Source of the DNA: Squalus acanthias
Taxonomy: Eukaryota
Reading direction: 5' to 3'
Length of the DNA stretch: 64,000 bases
Assembly (NCBI GenBank): GCA_030390025.1
Contig: JASTWF010000346.1
Span: forward strand, 186,001 to 250,000
Shown piece by piece: positions 22,557 through 35,708 of this stretch. A model generated the notes under the pieces. That model ran no database searches, had not been told where the DNA came from, and saw only the letters and a list, made by a program, of their open reading frames with translations. The position numbers were made by a program, and so were the translations under genes. Numbering within the stretch: position 1 is the stretch's first letter; each line of letters starts with the position of its first letter.

Positions 22557-23100
22557 AAGGAACATAGGAACAGGAGGAGGCCATTCAGCCCCTCGAGCCT
22601 GTTCCGCCATTCAATGAGATCATGGCTGATCTGTATCTTAACTCCATTTACCTGCCTTGGTTCCATATCCCTTAATACCCTTACCCAACAAAAATCTATC
22701 GATCTCAGTTTTGAAATTTACAATTGTACCCCCCCAGCCTCGACAGCTTTTTGGGGAAGAGAGTTCCAGATTTCTGCTACCCTTTGTGTGAAGAAATGCT
22801 TCCTGACACTTCATGTGCGGTGGAAGCAGATTCATTAGTAACTTTCAAAAGGGAATTGGATAAATACTTGAAAAGAAAATTTTTTCAGGCTCTGGGGAAA
22901 GAGCAGGGGGAGTGGGACTAATCGGAGAGCTCTTTCAAAGAGCCAGCACGGACACGATGGGCTGAATGGCCTCCTTCTGTGCTGTAAGATTCTGTGACAA
23001 ACACCCCTGAACGGCCTGGCTCTAATTTTAAGGTTGGACCCCCTAGTTCTGGACTCCCCCCACCAGAGGAAATAGTTTCTCTTTATCTACCCTAAGATGA
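22557..23100. mobile_element. Composite CR1 3' fragments (both orientations)
   Basis: CR1 3' UTR and FKTEIDRFL / FKRELDKYL-type coding remnants. Confidence 0.7.
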
Positions 23101-24127
23101 TCCTTTGATCATCTTAAACATCTCACTGAATCTATCGATGTCTCTTTGCAACTTTCTGCTTCCATCTACACTACTTACTGTGCCACCTCACTTATTGCCA
23201 GAGGTTTCGGAGCAGCTCACCAGCTCACCCTCTCGACTGGGCAAAGGTTGGAAATAAAATACCAGAATCTAAAGGGGAAAACATCTTGCAGTCAACATCA
23301 GCATACCGTCTCCCAGACAGTGCCAGATCAATGTACTGATGGCGGCGGGGAACAACTCGCTCCTTCAGAAGTCTTGCTGCAAAGGGCAGGGTCAGGTTTC
23401 CTGGCATTTTACGCTGCTACATCATAGAGTGTGATTGAAGGAGACAATAATGTGTGGGCGACCCACACACAGCTGAATCCTGAGCAATCTGTACCTCATC
23501 TGTCAAAAATATGCGAGGTCCATGAGCTCCAAGAAGTAACCGACTCGCAAATCTTTGTGACATTTCCAATTATTCATTCCACAACTCAATCTGATCAAAC
23601 AGGGTGGAAAAGTGCTTCTGGTTTCTAAACAGTACCATCGTCCCCAATGAAATTTAACAGTGGATTAACTCAATAACCTAAGTCACCGACACTGGCCGGT
23701 TCAGGAACATACTGTGCTCGGATTAGGAATGCTTTTAAAGTCTAGGTGGGTCGGGTAGATACTTATTTGGGAACATAAGAACATTAGAATTAGGAGCAGG
23801 AGTCGGCCATTCGGCCCCTCGAACCTGCTCCGCCATTCAATAAGATCATGGCTGATCTTCGATCTCAACTCCACTTTCCCGTCCTATCCCCATACCCCTT
23901 GATTCCCTGAGTGTCCAAGAATTTGTAAGCGGAATAGGGAAATGATGGGGAACTGGGATTGAAAGGTAGAGCTGTAGCTTACAAAAGGGATGGATCAAGC
24001 TCGATGGGCTGAATGGCCATCTCTTGTTGCTATGTCACTCCAGCGCTGATTTAACAAATAAATCTTTCTGGGGATGTGGGCGTCGCTGGCCAGGCCGGCA
24101 TTTATTGCCCATCCCTAGTCGCCCCTT

Positions 24128-24330
24128 GGGCAACACGGTGGCATAGTGGTTAGCACTGGTGCCTCACAGCGCCAGAGACCCGGGTTCGAATCTGACCTCG
24201 GGTGACTGTCTGTGTGGAGTTTGCACATTCTCCCCGTGTCTGCGTGGGTTTCCTCCGGGTGCTCCGGTTTCCTCCCACAGTCCAAAAATGTGTGGGTTAG
24301 GTTGATTTGGCTATGATAAATTGACCCTTA
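24128..24330 (+). mobile_element. HE1-type V-SINE
   Basis: tRNA-like head (tggcatagtggttagc...gggttcgaatc) and V-domain ctgtgtggagtttgcacattctccccgtgtctgcgtgggtttcctccgg. Confidence 0.8.
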
Positions 24331-25599
24331 GTGTTAGGGGGGATTAAATATATGGGGATAGGATGGGATATGTTAGGGGGAATTAAATATGTGGGGTTAC
24401 GGGGGTAGGGTGGGATATGTGTACTGTGGGGATTAAAGCAGGGACAGGGTACTGGATTTGGATGATCAGCCATGATCGTATTGAATGGCGGAGCAGGCTC
24501 GACGGGCCGAATGGCCTACTCCTGCTCCTAGATTCTATGTTTCTATGTTTTGAGAAGGTGGTGGTGGGCCTTCTTCTTGAACCGCTGCAGTCCGTGTGGT
24601 GAAGGTACTCCCACAGTGCTGCTAGGTAAGAAAGAACTTCATTTCTATAGCGCCTTTCACCACCTCAGGACGTCCCAAAGCGCTTTACAGCCAATTAAGT
24701 ACTATTGAAGTGTAGTCGCTGTTGTAATGTAGGAAACGCGGCAGCCAATTTTGCACTCGGCCGTGCTTTCAACTGTCTAAGCTCTAAGCTCGGGAATTCC
24801 CTCCCTAAACCTCTCCGCCTCTCTCCCTCTCTCTCCTCCTTTAAGATGCTCCTTAAAACCTCCATCTTTGACCAAGCTTTTGGTCACCTGTTCTAATATC
24901 TCCTTACGTGACGCCTGTGAAGCGCCTTGGGACATTTCACTACATTAAAGGCACTATAGAAATACAAGTTGTTGTTGTTATATTTTTCTCATGAATTCCC
25001 AAGTTTCCCCAACCCTAAATGGATTTAGTTAATTCGAGCGAGGGGTTCCCCCCGCCCCCCCCCCACCTAATTACTGCTGTTAGTTTTGCCTGGTGGGATG
25101 CACGGAAGGATTGGTGTAAATGGACGCAGCTCACACTGTGGATCAGCAAACCGACGTCAGCTCAGATCCCAGGGTCAGTTTGACCTGAGGGGACTCTGAC
25201 CCCTGAACTCTCAGGCTCCTTCTCAGCCTGCAGTCAGCCGCAGCACGTGTGAAAATCCTCACCTTTGCCTCTCAGCTCTTTGTAAACTCAGTTCTGCGTT
25301 TCTTGTAGAACAGACAGGCTGTTGGTCTTTGAGTCAGTGAGTCGGAGCTCTGTTTATTGGACTTAATGTGGCCCGAGGCTATGAAATAGCTCTCTCCGAC
25401 TTAGTGACTGTCTGCGCTCTCTCTCACACACACAAACATTCTGTGTAAAGGAAGGTTAGAGCTGTAAATATTCCAGCAATACAATGAACATGAATTCACT
25501 CAACAGCACAGCCTTTAAGATAAATTTCTGTAACCTTGAGTTACTGCTTGTCATTGTTGCTTAATGTCGTCGCCTATTCTACTAGTTTAGCAAAAATTA

Positions 25600-26058
25600 G
25601 ACTTGCATTTCTACAGCATCTTTCACGACCACCGGACGTCCCAAAGCGCTTTACAACCAATGAAGTACTTTTTGAAGTGTAGTCACTGTTGTAATGTAGG
25701 AAACGCAGCAGCCAATTTGCGCACAGCAAGCTGCCACAAACTGCAATGTGATAGTGACCAGATCATCTCTTTTTTAGTGATGTTGGTTGAGGGATAAATA
25801 TTGTCTAGGACACTGGGGATACTCCCCTCCCCTTCTTCGAAATAGTGCCATGGGATCTTTTATGTCCACCTGAGGGGGCAGACGGGGCCTCGGTTTAACA
25901 TCTCATCCGAAAGACGGCACCTCCGACAGTGCGGCACTCTCTTAGTACTGCAATGGAGTGTCAGCCGAGATTTTTGTGCTCAAGTTTCTGGAGTGAGACT
26001 TGAAGCCACGACCTTCTGACTCAGGTGAGAACGTTACCCACTGAGCCACAGCTGACAA
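25600..26058 (-). mobile_element. SacSINE1/DeuSINE-like SINE, near full length
   Basis: Full head-to-tail match to the other copies in the window. Confidence 0.8.
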
Positions 26059-26167
26059 CTTACTGCATTGCCTTGAGAATTGTATTGGACATTACAGTTT
26101 GTGGGATCAGACGACAGACATTCCAGTGTCCACTATTTTAATTTGACTCGAATCTTATTTCTTTTAT

Positions 26168-26823
26168 TTGCGCCCCGTTAGCGCCCCGGCGCAAAGCAAC
26201 TAGCGCCCGGGCGCGGCACCGCCCACACCTCCCGCGAAATTCCGCGGGAGGTTAGCGGCGGCGCGAACTGGTAGCGCACCGCAGCGATGCGCCGCCGGCG
26301 ATGACATCATCGCCGTGCGCAGCGCCCCGCTCGCGCCCCGACCGTGATCGTCGGGAACGCCCCCTGACTTACCGCCAACGCTATGTCCGACTGGGTAAGG
26401 CGGCCTACCTGCGGCCGGGGAGGCGCAATTTAAAGGCGAGGTGCGGGGCGGTCATTTTTGTTGCTGGCTGCCTGCCAGCACCTGCCGCACTCCCGTCCCC
26501 GGCCTCCTGAACAGCACCCCCTGTGGAGTGCGCTCCAAGAGCCCGGCAATTCTCTTTTGCCGGCACTCCCGATCCTCGGGGGCCCAGCTGGGCTTCGGGA
26601 CGCGCTGCGCAAGGCCCCTCCCCTTTAAGAAGGGGAGGAAGGCCTGTAATACCACGGCGCGACGTGCTGTAGCGCGTGGCACTGCAGCACGTAGCGCCGC
26701 GATATTGACTCGCAGCGCCCCAAGGGGGATGCGGGGCGCTTCCAGGCGCGGGGTCGCTAATTTTTCCGGTGCGCCCTGGCGAAGTTAGCGCCCCAAATGG
26801 GGCGTTACTCAATTTTTAGCCCC
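26168..26823. mobile_element. GC-rich Harbinger-type MITE, one end eroded
   Basis: Ends gcgccccaaatggggcg...aatttttagcccc, like the right end of the MITE at 58905-59797. Confidence 0.55.
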
Positions 26824-26947
26824 AAGTCTTTCTCTCTTTCTTTATAACAAACTGCTGCACAGAATGGTCTTAACAAGGGAGTCACACCTTTTGTTATCTA
26901 CACTCCCGAGTTCCTGATCTCAGTCAGGTCGTCAGCAAGAACTGCAG

Positions 26948-29535
26948 AACATAGAGTCATACGGCACAGAAGGAGGCCATTCGGCTGATCGAGTCGGTGC
27001 CGGCTCTCTGTAGAACAATCCAGTCAGTCCCATTCCCCCGCTCTATCCCCATAGCCCGTAAGTTTATTTCCCTCAAGTGCCTATCCAGTCTCCCCTTGGA
27101 AACATTGAGTGTCTCCGCTTCCACCACTTCCGTCAGCAGCGAATTCCAAGTCATCACCACTTGCTGCATAAAAAAGTTTTGCCTCACAAGCCCCCTGTAT
27201 CTCTTGCCCAAAACCTTAAATCTGTGTCCCCCAGTCCTTGTACTATCAACTAGTGGGAACAGTCTGTAGAATTCGCAATATATCGCGATTTTGTTGATAA
27301 GGAGAAAACACAGAGTTTCGTTCAAACAGCTTTTATTTCAGCAGAATGCTGTCAGGTTTCTCAAAGTGGACACAAGCAGCCTGTAAAATGGCCGCCGCAC
27401 CTCGTGACAGAACATTCTAGACTTTTCAACAGGCAGACAAGATGGCGTTCCAATAAACATTTGTGCAAGATCGATTAAGATTCAGCACAGTGAAGATAAT
27501 ACACGAGACATTATGGGTTTGCAGTATACACATAAATACTGAAATCGGTCTCCCAGGTACGAATGAAAGCCATTGTACCGAGTAATCAAGGGCCCATCCA
27601 AAAGACATTAATATGTAAAATCCCAACGACTCTACGATGAGAGAGCCGTTAGCAGGTAGTTATACAGGACACTTGGAAGCCCCAAACCCCTCCAGGGAGA
27701 ACACCGACCGATTTAACAATGGGAGAAATATTAACAGGTACTCAGACGTTTACGAGTAGCCCCGAAACCCATTAAGAACGGAGATCACCCATACAAGACA
27801 TTTGAGCGCCAGACCTTAAACAAAAGAATGGACATTATAGTTGGGCGGGAAACGGAAGATTTTGCACTATAATTGCAGGCTCCAAACCGTCCATTCTTTC
27901 TCTTGCTCCTGTGCTTTTATCCGGTCGATTCGTAACCTCGTGGCTGCTCCTGTGTACTCGTAGTTGGGCTCGCTCCTGCTTGCCTGTTGCCTCTTCTGAA
28001 AAGACTGTTGAACTTTCTGATCCGTTCGGATCTACCTCGTGTCGCGTAACGAAGACCTATGTTGGTAACTGGCAGCGGAACCGAAGGCCCGAGATGAGAT
28101 GAGATGAGATGAGATGAGATGAGAAGAGAGGAAGACCATATCCATCGCCACGGTCAGTAAATCCCGACCGCGCCTGTAGGTCGACTGTCCAAGCTTTCCT
28201 TGCTAGGAAGACTTCTTTGAACTTGCAAGGAAACATATCGTATCGACGATATCGACAACTGTGCTCGAAGAGTACCTGTTAAACCAACCAACACAGGTCT
28301 TCACCACAGCAGACGTTCCAGCCTGCTAGCCGGAGCAGTAAAAGCAAGTAAACAAGTGGGACCAGGAGATCTCCTGACCGACACGTGGGTGCTGCGGTGA
28401 AAAACATCCGATCAGTTATTCGGAATTTCTCCGAGTTATCACGAGTGGTGAGCAGTGGTCTCGAAATCCTACGAATCTAGTTTAGGATAGATATTGATAG
28501 GGGAGGGTTTAAGGATTAAGGATATTTGTAATGTGTGCCCCTATTTACTTTGTGCCGTTCGTTCCTCGTTTCCCTAAGATCGACTATATAACTGTTTGTA
28601 AGATTGTACTGTCATTAATCTGTGCTTATGACATGTATTTCATAATCTTAAGTATCATGCAATAAAGATTTTCCATTTCGTACCATTCAAACCAAGTCTA
28701 CATGAGTTTTATCTCCATTACTGCTCTCGCATCTAAGTCCAGTGTCTAGAACCGTAAGGGAGAGTGATTCGAACCACTCACAGGTGTGTCTAGTGTTCCC
28801 AGACTGGCTGGAGACCAGAACAGGCAACGAGGCCTAGACCCGCACTGACATACAGGCTGCACAGAGCCGCGTGAATCTCACAGGCTGCGAGACACGCAGG
28901 GTCAGGAATCCCTTACAAGTCTTTCCCCGTCTAGCCTATCCAAACCCATCATAATCTTGTACACCTCCATCAAATCACCCCGCAACCTCCTTTGCTCTAA
29001 TGAAAACAAATCCAGCTTCTCCAACCTGTCCTTGTAGCTAAGATTCCCCATCCCCGGAACCATTCTGGTAAATCTCCTCTGCACCCTCTCAAGGGCCTTC
29101 ACATCCTTCCTAAAGTGTGGTGACCAGAACTGGATGCAATACTCCAGTTGTGGCCTAACTAGCGCTTTATAAGGGTTCAGCATAACTTCTCTACTTTTGT
29201 ACTCAATACCTCTATTTATGAAGCCCAAGATCCCATATGCTTTGCTAACCACTCTCTCAATATGTCCAGCCACCTTCAGGGACCTATGCACATTAACTCC
29301 CAGGTCCCTCTGTCCCTGCACACTCTTTAAAACTGTGCCATTAAGTGTATATTGCCTCTCCCTGTTCCTTCTGCCAAAATGCATCACCTCACACTTCTCT
29401 GTATTAAATTCCATCTGCCACTTGTCTGCCCATTCTGCTAGCCTTTCTATGTCCTGTTACAGTCGATTGGTATCATCCTCACTGTTTGCCACACCCCCAA
29501 GTTTGGTGTCATTGGCAAATTTAGAAGTCACATAA
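26948..29535 (-). mobile_element. CR1 LINE 3' portion split by the solo LTR
   Basis: ORF2 remnants (KCEVMHFG...RPQLEYC...ERL | FPLVDSTRTGGH) continue across 27265-28917. Confidence 0.85.
27265..28917 (+). mobile_element. Solo LTR (1653 bp) of the loki-like family with 4-bp TSD AGTC
   Basis: TGTAG...CTTACA; AGTC at 27261-27264 and 28918-28921; homologous to the LTRs of A and B. Confidence 0.95.
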
Positions 29536-29644
29536 TTTCAACCTACACAGCTCTGACCCACCTCCCAGCACTCAGATCAGAGTGGTAGAGGAGTGGGGTG
29601 GGTGCTTGACCTAAGAATGGTGCATTACACCTGGGTATGGCATA

Positions 29645-32600
29645 TTACACTTGAGAATGGTACATTGCACCTGAGAATGGTACATTGCACCTGAGAACAG
29701 TACATTGCACCTGAGAATGGTACATTGCACCTGAGAATGGCACATTGCACCTGAGAATGGTACATTGCACCTGAGAACAGTACATTGCACCTGAGAATGG
29801 TACATTGCACCTGAGAACAGTACATTGCACCTGAGAATGATACATTGCCATGAGAATGATACATTGCACCTGAGAATGGTACATTGCACCTGAGAATGGT
29901 ACATTGCACCTGAGGATGGTACATTGCCCCTGAGAATGGTACATTGCACCTGAGAATGGTACATTGCACCTGAGAATGACACATTGCACCTGAGAATGGT
30001 ACATTGCACCTGAGGATGGTACATTGCACCTGAGGATGGTACATTGCCCCTGAGAATGGTACATTGCCCCTGAGAATGGTACATTGCACCTGAGAATGAT
30101 ACATTGCACCTGAGAATGATACATTGCCCCTGAGAATGGTACATTGCACCTGAGAATGGTACATTGCACCTGAGAATGATACATTGCACCTGAGAATGAT
30201 ACATTGCCCCTGAGAATGGTACATTGTACCTGAGAATGGTACATTGCACCTGAGGATGGTACATTGCACCTGAGGATGGTACATTGCAACTGAGAATGAT
30301 ACATTGCACCTGAGAATGATACATTGCCCCTGAGAATGGTACATTGCCCCTGAGAATGGTACATTGCACCTGAGAATGGTACATTGCCCCTGAGAATGGT
30401 ACATTGCACCTGAGAATGGTACATTGCACCTGAGAATGGTACATTGCACCTGAGGATGGTACATTGCACCTGAGAATGATACATTGCACCTGAGAATGAT
30501 ACATTGCACCTGAGAATGATATATTGCACCTGAGAATGGTACATTGCCCCTGAGAATGGTACATTGCACCTGAGAATGATACATTGCACCTGAGAATGAT
30601 ATATTGCACCCGAGAATGGTACATTGTACCTGAGAATGGTACATTGCACCTGAGGATGGTACATTGCACCTGAGGATGGTACATTGCCCCTGAGAATGAT
30701 ACATTGCACCTGAGAATGATACATTGCCCCTGAGAATGGTACATTGCACCTGAGAATGGTACATTGCACCTGAGGATGGTACATTGCACCTGAGAATGGA
30801 ACATTGCACCTGAGAATGATACATTGCACCCGAGAATGGTACATTGCACCTGAGAATGATACATTGCCATGAGAATGGTACATTGCCCCTGAGGATGGTA
30901 CATTGCACCTGAGAATGGAACATTGCACCTGAGAATGGTACATTGCACCTGAGAATGGTACATTGCACCTGAGAATGGCACATTGCACCTGAGAATGGAA
31001 CATTGCACCTGAGAATGGCACATTGCACCTGAGAATGGCACATTGCACCTGAGAATGGTACATTGCACCTGAGAATGGTATATTGCACCTGAGAATGGTA
31101 CATTGCCCCTGAGAATGGTACATTGCACCTGAGAATGGTACATTGCACCTGAGAATGGTACATTGCACCCGAGAATGTAAATTGCACCTGAGAATGGTAC
31201 ATTGCACCTGAGAATGGAACATTGCACCTGAGAATGGCACATTGCACCTGAGAATGGTACATTGCACCTGAGAATGGTATATTGCACCTGAGAATGGTAC
31301 ATTGCCCCTGAGAATGGTACATTGCACCTGAGAATGGTACATTGCACCTGAGAATGGTACATTGCACCCGAGAATGTAAATTGCACCTGAGAATGGTACA
31401 TTGCACCTGAGAATGGTATATTGCACCTGAGAATGGTACATTGCACCTGAGAATGGTACATTGCACCTGAGAATGGTACATTGCACCTGAGAATGGTACA
31501 TTGCACCCGAGAATCGTACATTGCACCTGAGAATGGTACATTGCCCCTGAGAATGGTACATTGCCCCTGAGAATGATACATTGCCCCTGAGAATGGTACA
31601 TTGCACCTGAGAATGGTATATTGCACCTGAGAATGGTATATTGCATCTGAGAATGGTATATTGCACCTGAGAACGGTACATTGCACCTGAGAACGGTACA
31701 TTGCACCTGAGAATGGTACATTGCACCTGAGAATGGTACATTGCACCTGAGAACGGTACATTGCACCTGAGAATGGTACATTGCACCTGAGAATGATACA
31801 TTGCCATGAGAATGGTACATTGCCCCTGAGGATGGTACATTGCACCTGAGAATGGAACATTGCACCTGAGAATGGTACATTGCACCTGAGGATGGTACAT
31901 TGCACCTGAGAATGATACATTGCACCTGAGAATGATACATTGCACCTGAGAATGATATATTGCACCTGAGAATGGTACATTGCCCCTGAGAATGGTACAT
32001 TGCACCTGAGAATGATACATTGCACCTGAGAATGATATATTGCACCCGAGAATGGTACATTGTACCTGAGAATGGTACATTGCACCTGAGGATGGTACAT
32101 TGCACCTGAGGATGGTACATTGCACCTGAGAATGATACATTGCACCTGAGAATGATACATTGCCCCTGAGAATGGTACATTGCACCTGAGAATGGTACAT
32201 TGCACCTGAGGATGGTACATTGCACCTGAGAATGGAACATTGCACCTGAGAATGATACATTGCACCCGAGAATGGTACATTGCACCTGAGAATGATACAT
32301 TGCCATGAGAATGGTACATTGCCCCTGAGGATGGTACATTGCACCTGAGAATGGAACATTGCACCTGAGAATGGTACATTGCACCTGAGAATGGTACATT
32401 GCACCTGAGAATGGCACATTGCACCTGAGAATGGAACATTGCACCTGAGAATGGCACATTGCACCTGAGAATGGCACATTGCACCTGAGAATGGTACATT
32501 GCACCTGAGAATGGTATATTGCACCTGAGAATGGTACATTGCCCCTGAGAATGGTACATTGCACCTGAGAATGGTACATTGCACCTGAGAATGGTACATT

Positions 32601-33576
32601 GCACCCGAGAATGTAAATTGCACCTGAGAATGGTACATTGCACCTGAGAATGGAACATTGCACCTGAGAATGGCACATTGCACCTGAGAATGGTACATTG
32701 CACCTGAGAATGGTATATTGCACCTGAGAATGGTACATTGCCCCTGAGAATGGTACATTGCACCTGAGAATGGTACATTGCACCTGAGAATGGTACATTG
32801 CACCCGAGAATGTAAATTGCACCTGAGAATGGTACATTGCACCTGAGAATGGTATATTGCACCTGAGAATGGTACATTGCACCTGAGAATGGTACATTGC
32901 ACCTGAGAATGGTACATTGCACCTGAGAATGGTACATTGCACCCGAGAATGGTACATTGCACCTGAGAATGGTACATTGCCCCTGAGAATGGTACATTGC
33001 CCCTGAGAATGATACATTGCCCCTGAGAATGGTACATTGCACCTGAGAATGGTATATTGCACCTGAGAATGGTATATTGCATCTGAGAATGGCACATTGC
33101 ACCTGAGAATGATACATTATACCTGAGAATGGTACATTGCACCTGAGAATGGTATATTGCACCTGAGAATGGTATATTGCATCTGAGAATGGTACATTGC
33201 ACCTGAGAATGGTACATTGCACCTGAGAATGATACATTGCACCTGAGAATGTAAATTGCACCTGAGAATGGTACATTGCACAGAGAATGGTACATTGCAC
33301 CTGAGAATGGTACATTGCACCTGAGAATGGTACATTGCACCTGAGAATGATACATTGCACCTGAGAATGATACATTGCACCTGAGAACGGTACATTGCAC
33401 CTGAGAATGGTACATTGCACCTGAGAATGGCACATTGCACCTGAGAATGGTACATTGCACCTGAGGATGGTACATTGCACCTGAGAATGGCACATTGCAC
33501 CTGAGAATGGCACATTGCACCTGAGAATGGTACATTGCCATGAGAATGGTACATTGCCCCTGAGAATGGTACATTG
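29645..33576. repeat. 20-bp satellite, about 195 copies, with higher-order structure
   Basis: Unit GAGAATGGTACATTGCACCT; the array continues at 46467-46780 beyond the provirus. Confidence 0.97.
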
Positions 33577-35285
33577 TGTAAGGGATTTCCCTGACCCTGC
33601 GTGTCTCGTAGCCTGTGAGATTCACGCGGCTCTGTGCAGCCTGTATGTCAGTGCGGGTCTAGGCCTGGTTGCCTGTTCTGGTCTCCAGCCAGTCTGGGAA
33701 CACTAGACACACCTGTGAGTGGTTCGAATCACTCTCCCTTACGGTTCTAGACACTGGACTTAGATGCGAGAGCAGTAATGGAGATAAAACTCATGTAGAC
33801 TTGGTTTGAATGGTACGAAATGGAAAATCTTTATTGCATGATACTTAAAATTATGAAATACATGTCATAAGCACAGATTAATGACAGTACAATCTTACAA
33901 ACGGTTATATAGTCGATCTTAGGGAAACGAGGAACGAACGGCACAACGTAAATAGGGGCACACATTACAAATATCCTTAATCTTTAAACCCTCCCCTATC
34001 AATATCTATCCTAAACTAGCTTCGTAGGATCTCGAGACTCATGCTCACCACTCGTGATAACTCGGAGAAATTCCGAATAGCTGATCGGATGTTTTTCACC
34101 GCAGCACCCACGTGTCGGTCAGGAGATCTCCTGGTCCCACTTGTTTACTTGCTTCTGCTGCTCCGGCTAGTAGGCTGGACCGTCTGCTGTGATGAAGACC
34201 TCTGTTGGTGGGTTTCACAGATTAGTCTTGGAGCACCGTTGTCAATATCATTGATACGATGTGTTTTCCACGTTCCAACCTCCTTAGAAGTTTAAAAAGG
34301 AAAACTTCCTGGCGAGAAAACTTGGCTGATCGACCTACAGGCGCGGTCGGGATTTACTGACCGTGGCGATGGATATGGTCTTCTTCTCTTCTCCTCTCAT
34401 CTCATCTCATCTCGGGCCTTTGGTTCCGCTGCCAGTTACCAACATAGGTCTTCGTTACGCGACACGAGGTAGATCCGAACGGATCAGAAAGTTCAACAGT
34501 CTTTTCAGAAGAGGCAACAGGCACGCAGAAGCCCAACTACGAGTACACAGGAGCAGCCACGAGGTTACGAATCGACCGGATAAAACACAGGAGCAAGCGA
34601 GCGAACGCAGGAGCCCGAACAAGAGCACGAGGCAAGAGGCAAGAGACAAGAGAGCGAGTGGACGGTTTGGGGCCTGCAATTATAGTGCAAAAATCTTCCG
34701 TTTCCCGCCCAACTATAATGTCCATTCTTTTGTTTAGGGTTTGGCGCCCAAATGTCTTGTATGGGTGATCTCCGTCCTTAATGGGTTTCGGGGCTACTCA
34801 TGAATGTTTGAGTACCTGTTAATATTTCTCCCATTGTTAAATCGGTCGGTGTTCTCCCTGGAGGGGTTTGGGGCTTCCAAGTGTCCTGTATAACTACCTG
34901 CTAACGGCTCTCTCATCGTAGAGTCGTTGGGAGTTTACATATTAATGTCCTTTGGATGGGCCCTTGATTACTCGGTACAATAGCTTTCCTTTGTACCTGG
35001 GAGACCGATTCCAGTATCTATGTTTATACTGTAAACCCATAATGTCTCGTGTATTATCTTCACTGTGCTGAATCGTTATCGATCTTGCACAAACGTTTAA
35101 TGGAACGCCATCTTGTCTGCCTGTTGAAAAGTCTAGAATGTTCTGTCACGAGGTGCGGCGGCCATTTTACAGGCTGCGTGTGTCCAATTTAAACCTGCCA
35201 GCATTCTGCTGAAATAAAAGCTGTTTGAACGAAACTTTGTGTTTTCTCCTCATTAATCAAATCGCGATATATTGCGAATTCTACA
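33577..35285 (-). repeat. 3' LTR of element A (1709 bp)
   Basis: Direct repeat of 44753-46466; the only difference seen is one GAGAT unit. Confidence 0.95.
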
Positions 35286-35708
35286 GTCCCTCCTGTTGAT
35301 GCGAATAACTCCGCTTATCGTATCAAAAATCACAGTGGTGAGCAATCTTATCTCGATTTCACTCCGAATCCAGTAAATTAATCCCATAATTTTTAACTTA
35401 ACTAGGGTCTCTGTGTCGTCCTTATTTCCCAAGAAAATCACATTTTATATCACCGTAGGCATTATTTGCCCTTAAACTTACACCACTTGTTTTCCTTTCC
35501 GGCGTAACCAGGCCGATACCTCACGCATCACCTGTATATTTGTCTTTTATTCAGGGAAAGAAAAAAACAAAACCCAAAACCAAACAATCAACACCATCAC
35601 CAAAATAAACAAATCCCAACTCTTAAACATGTCGAGTTTCCAACGTATTTACAATGAGTACAAACTTCCGCGGCGCACGCGGCGAGCGGGAGTGACGCCA
35701 TTTTCCGA

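Noticed and set aside
20068..23510. Possible minus-strand host exons (~23230-23500 and ~20085-20198) with splice-like ends
   Set aside because: No recognisable protein, and the phases do not join into an open frame; needs RNA-seq.
24128..24200. tRNA-like sequence with A and B boxes
   Set aside because: Head of an HE1-type SINE rather than a tRNA gene; the same applies to the other SINE heads.
26168..26823. CpG island as a host promoter, with overlapping ORFs
   Set aside because: Shares terminal and subterminal motifs with the MITE at 58905-59797; the ORFs are GC-rich noise.
29611..33625. Three 1150-1330 aa ORFs on the minus strand
   Set aside because: Artefact of a 20-bp satellite lacking stop codons on that strand; all three frames give the same periodic peptide.
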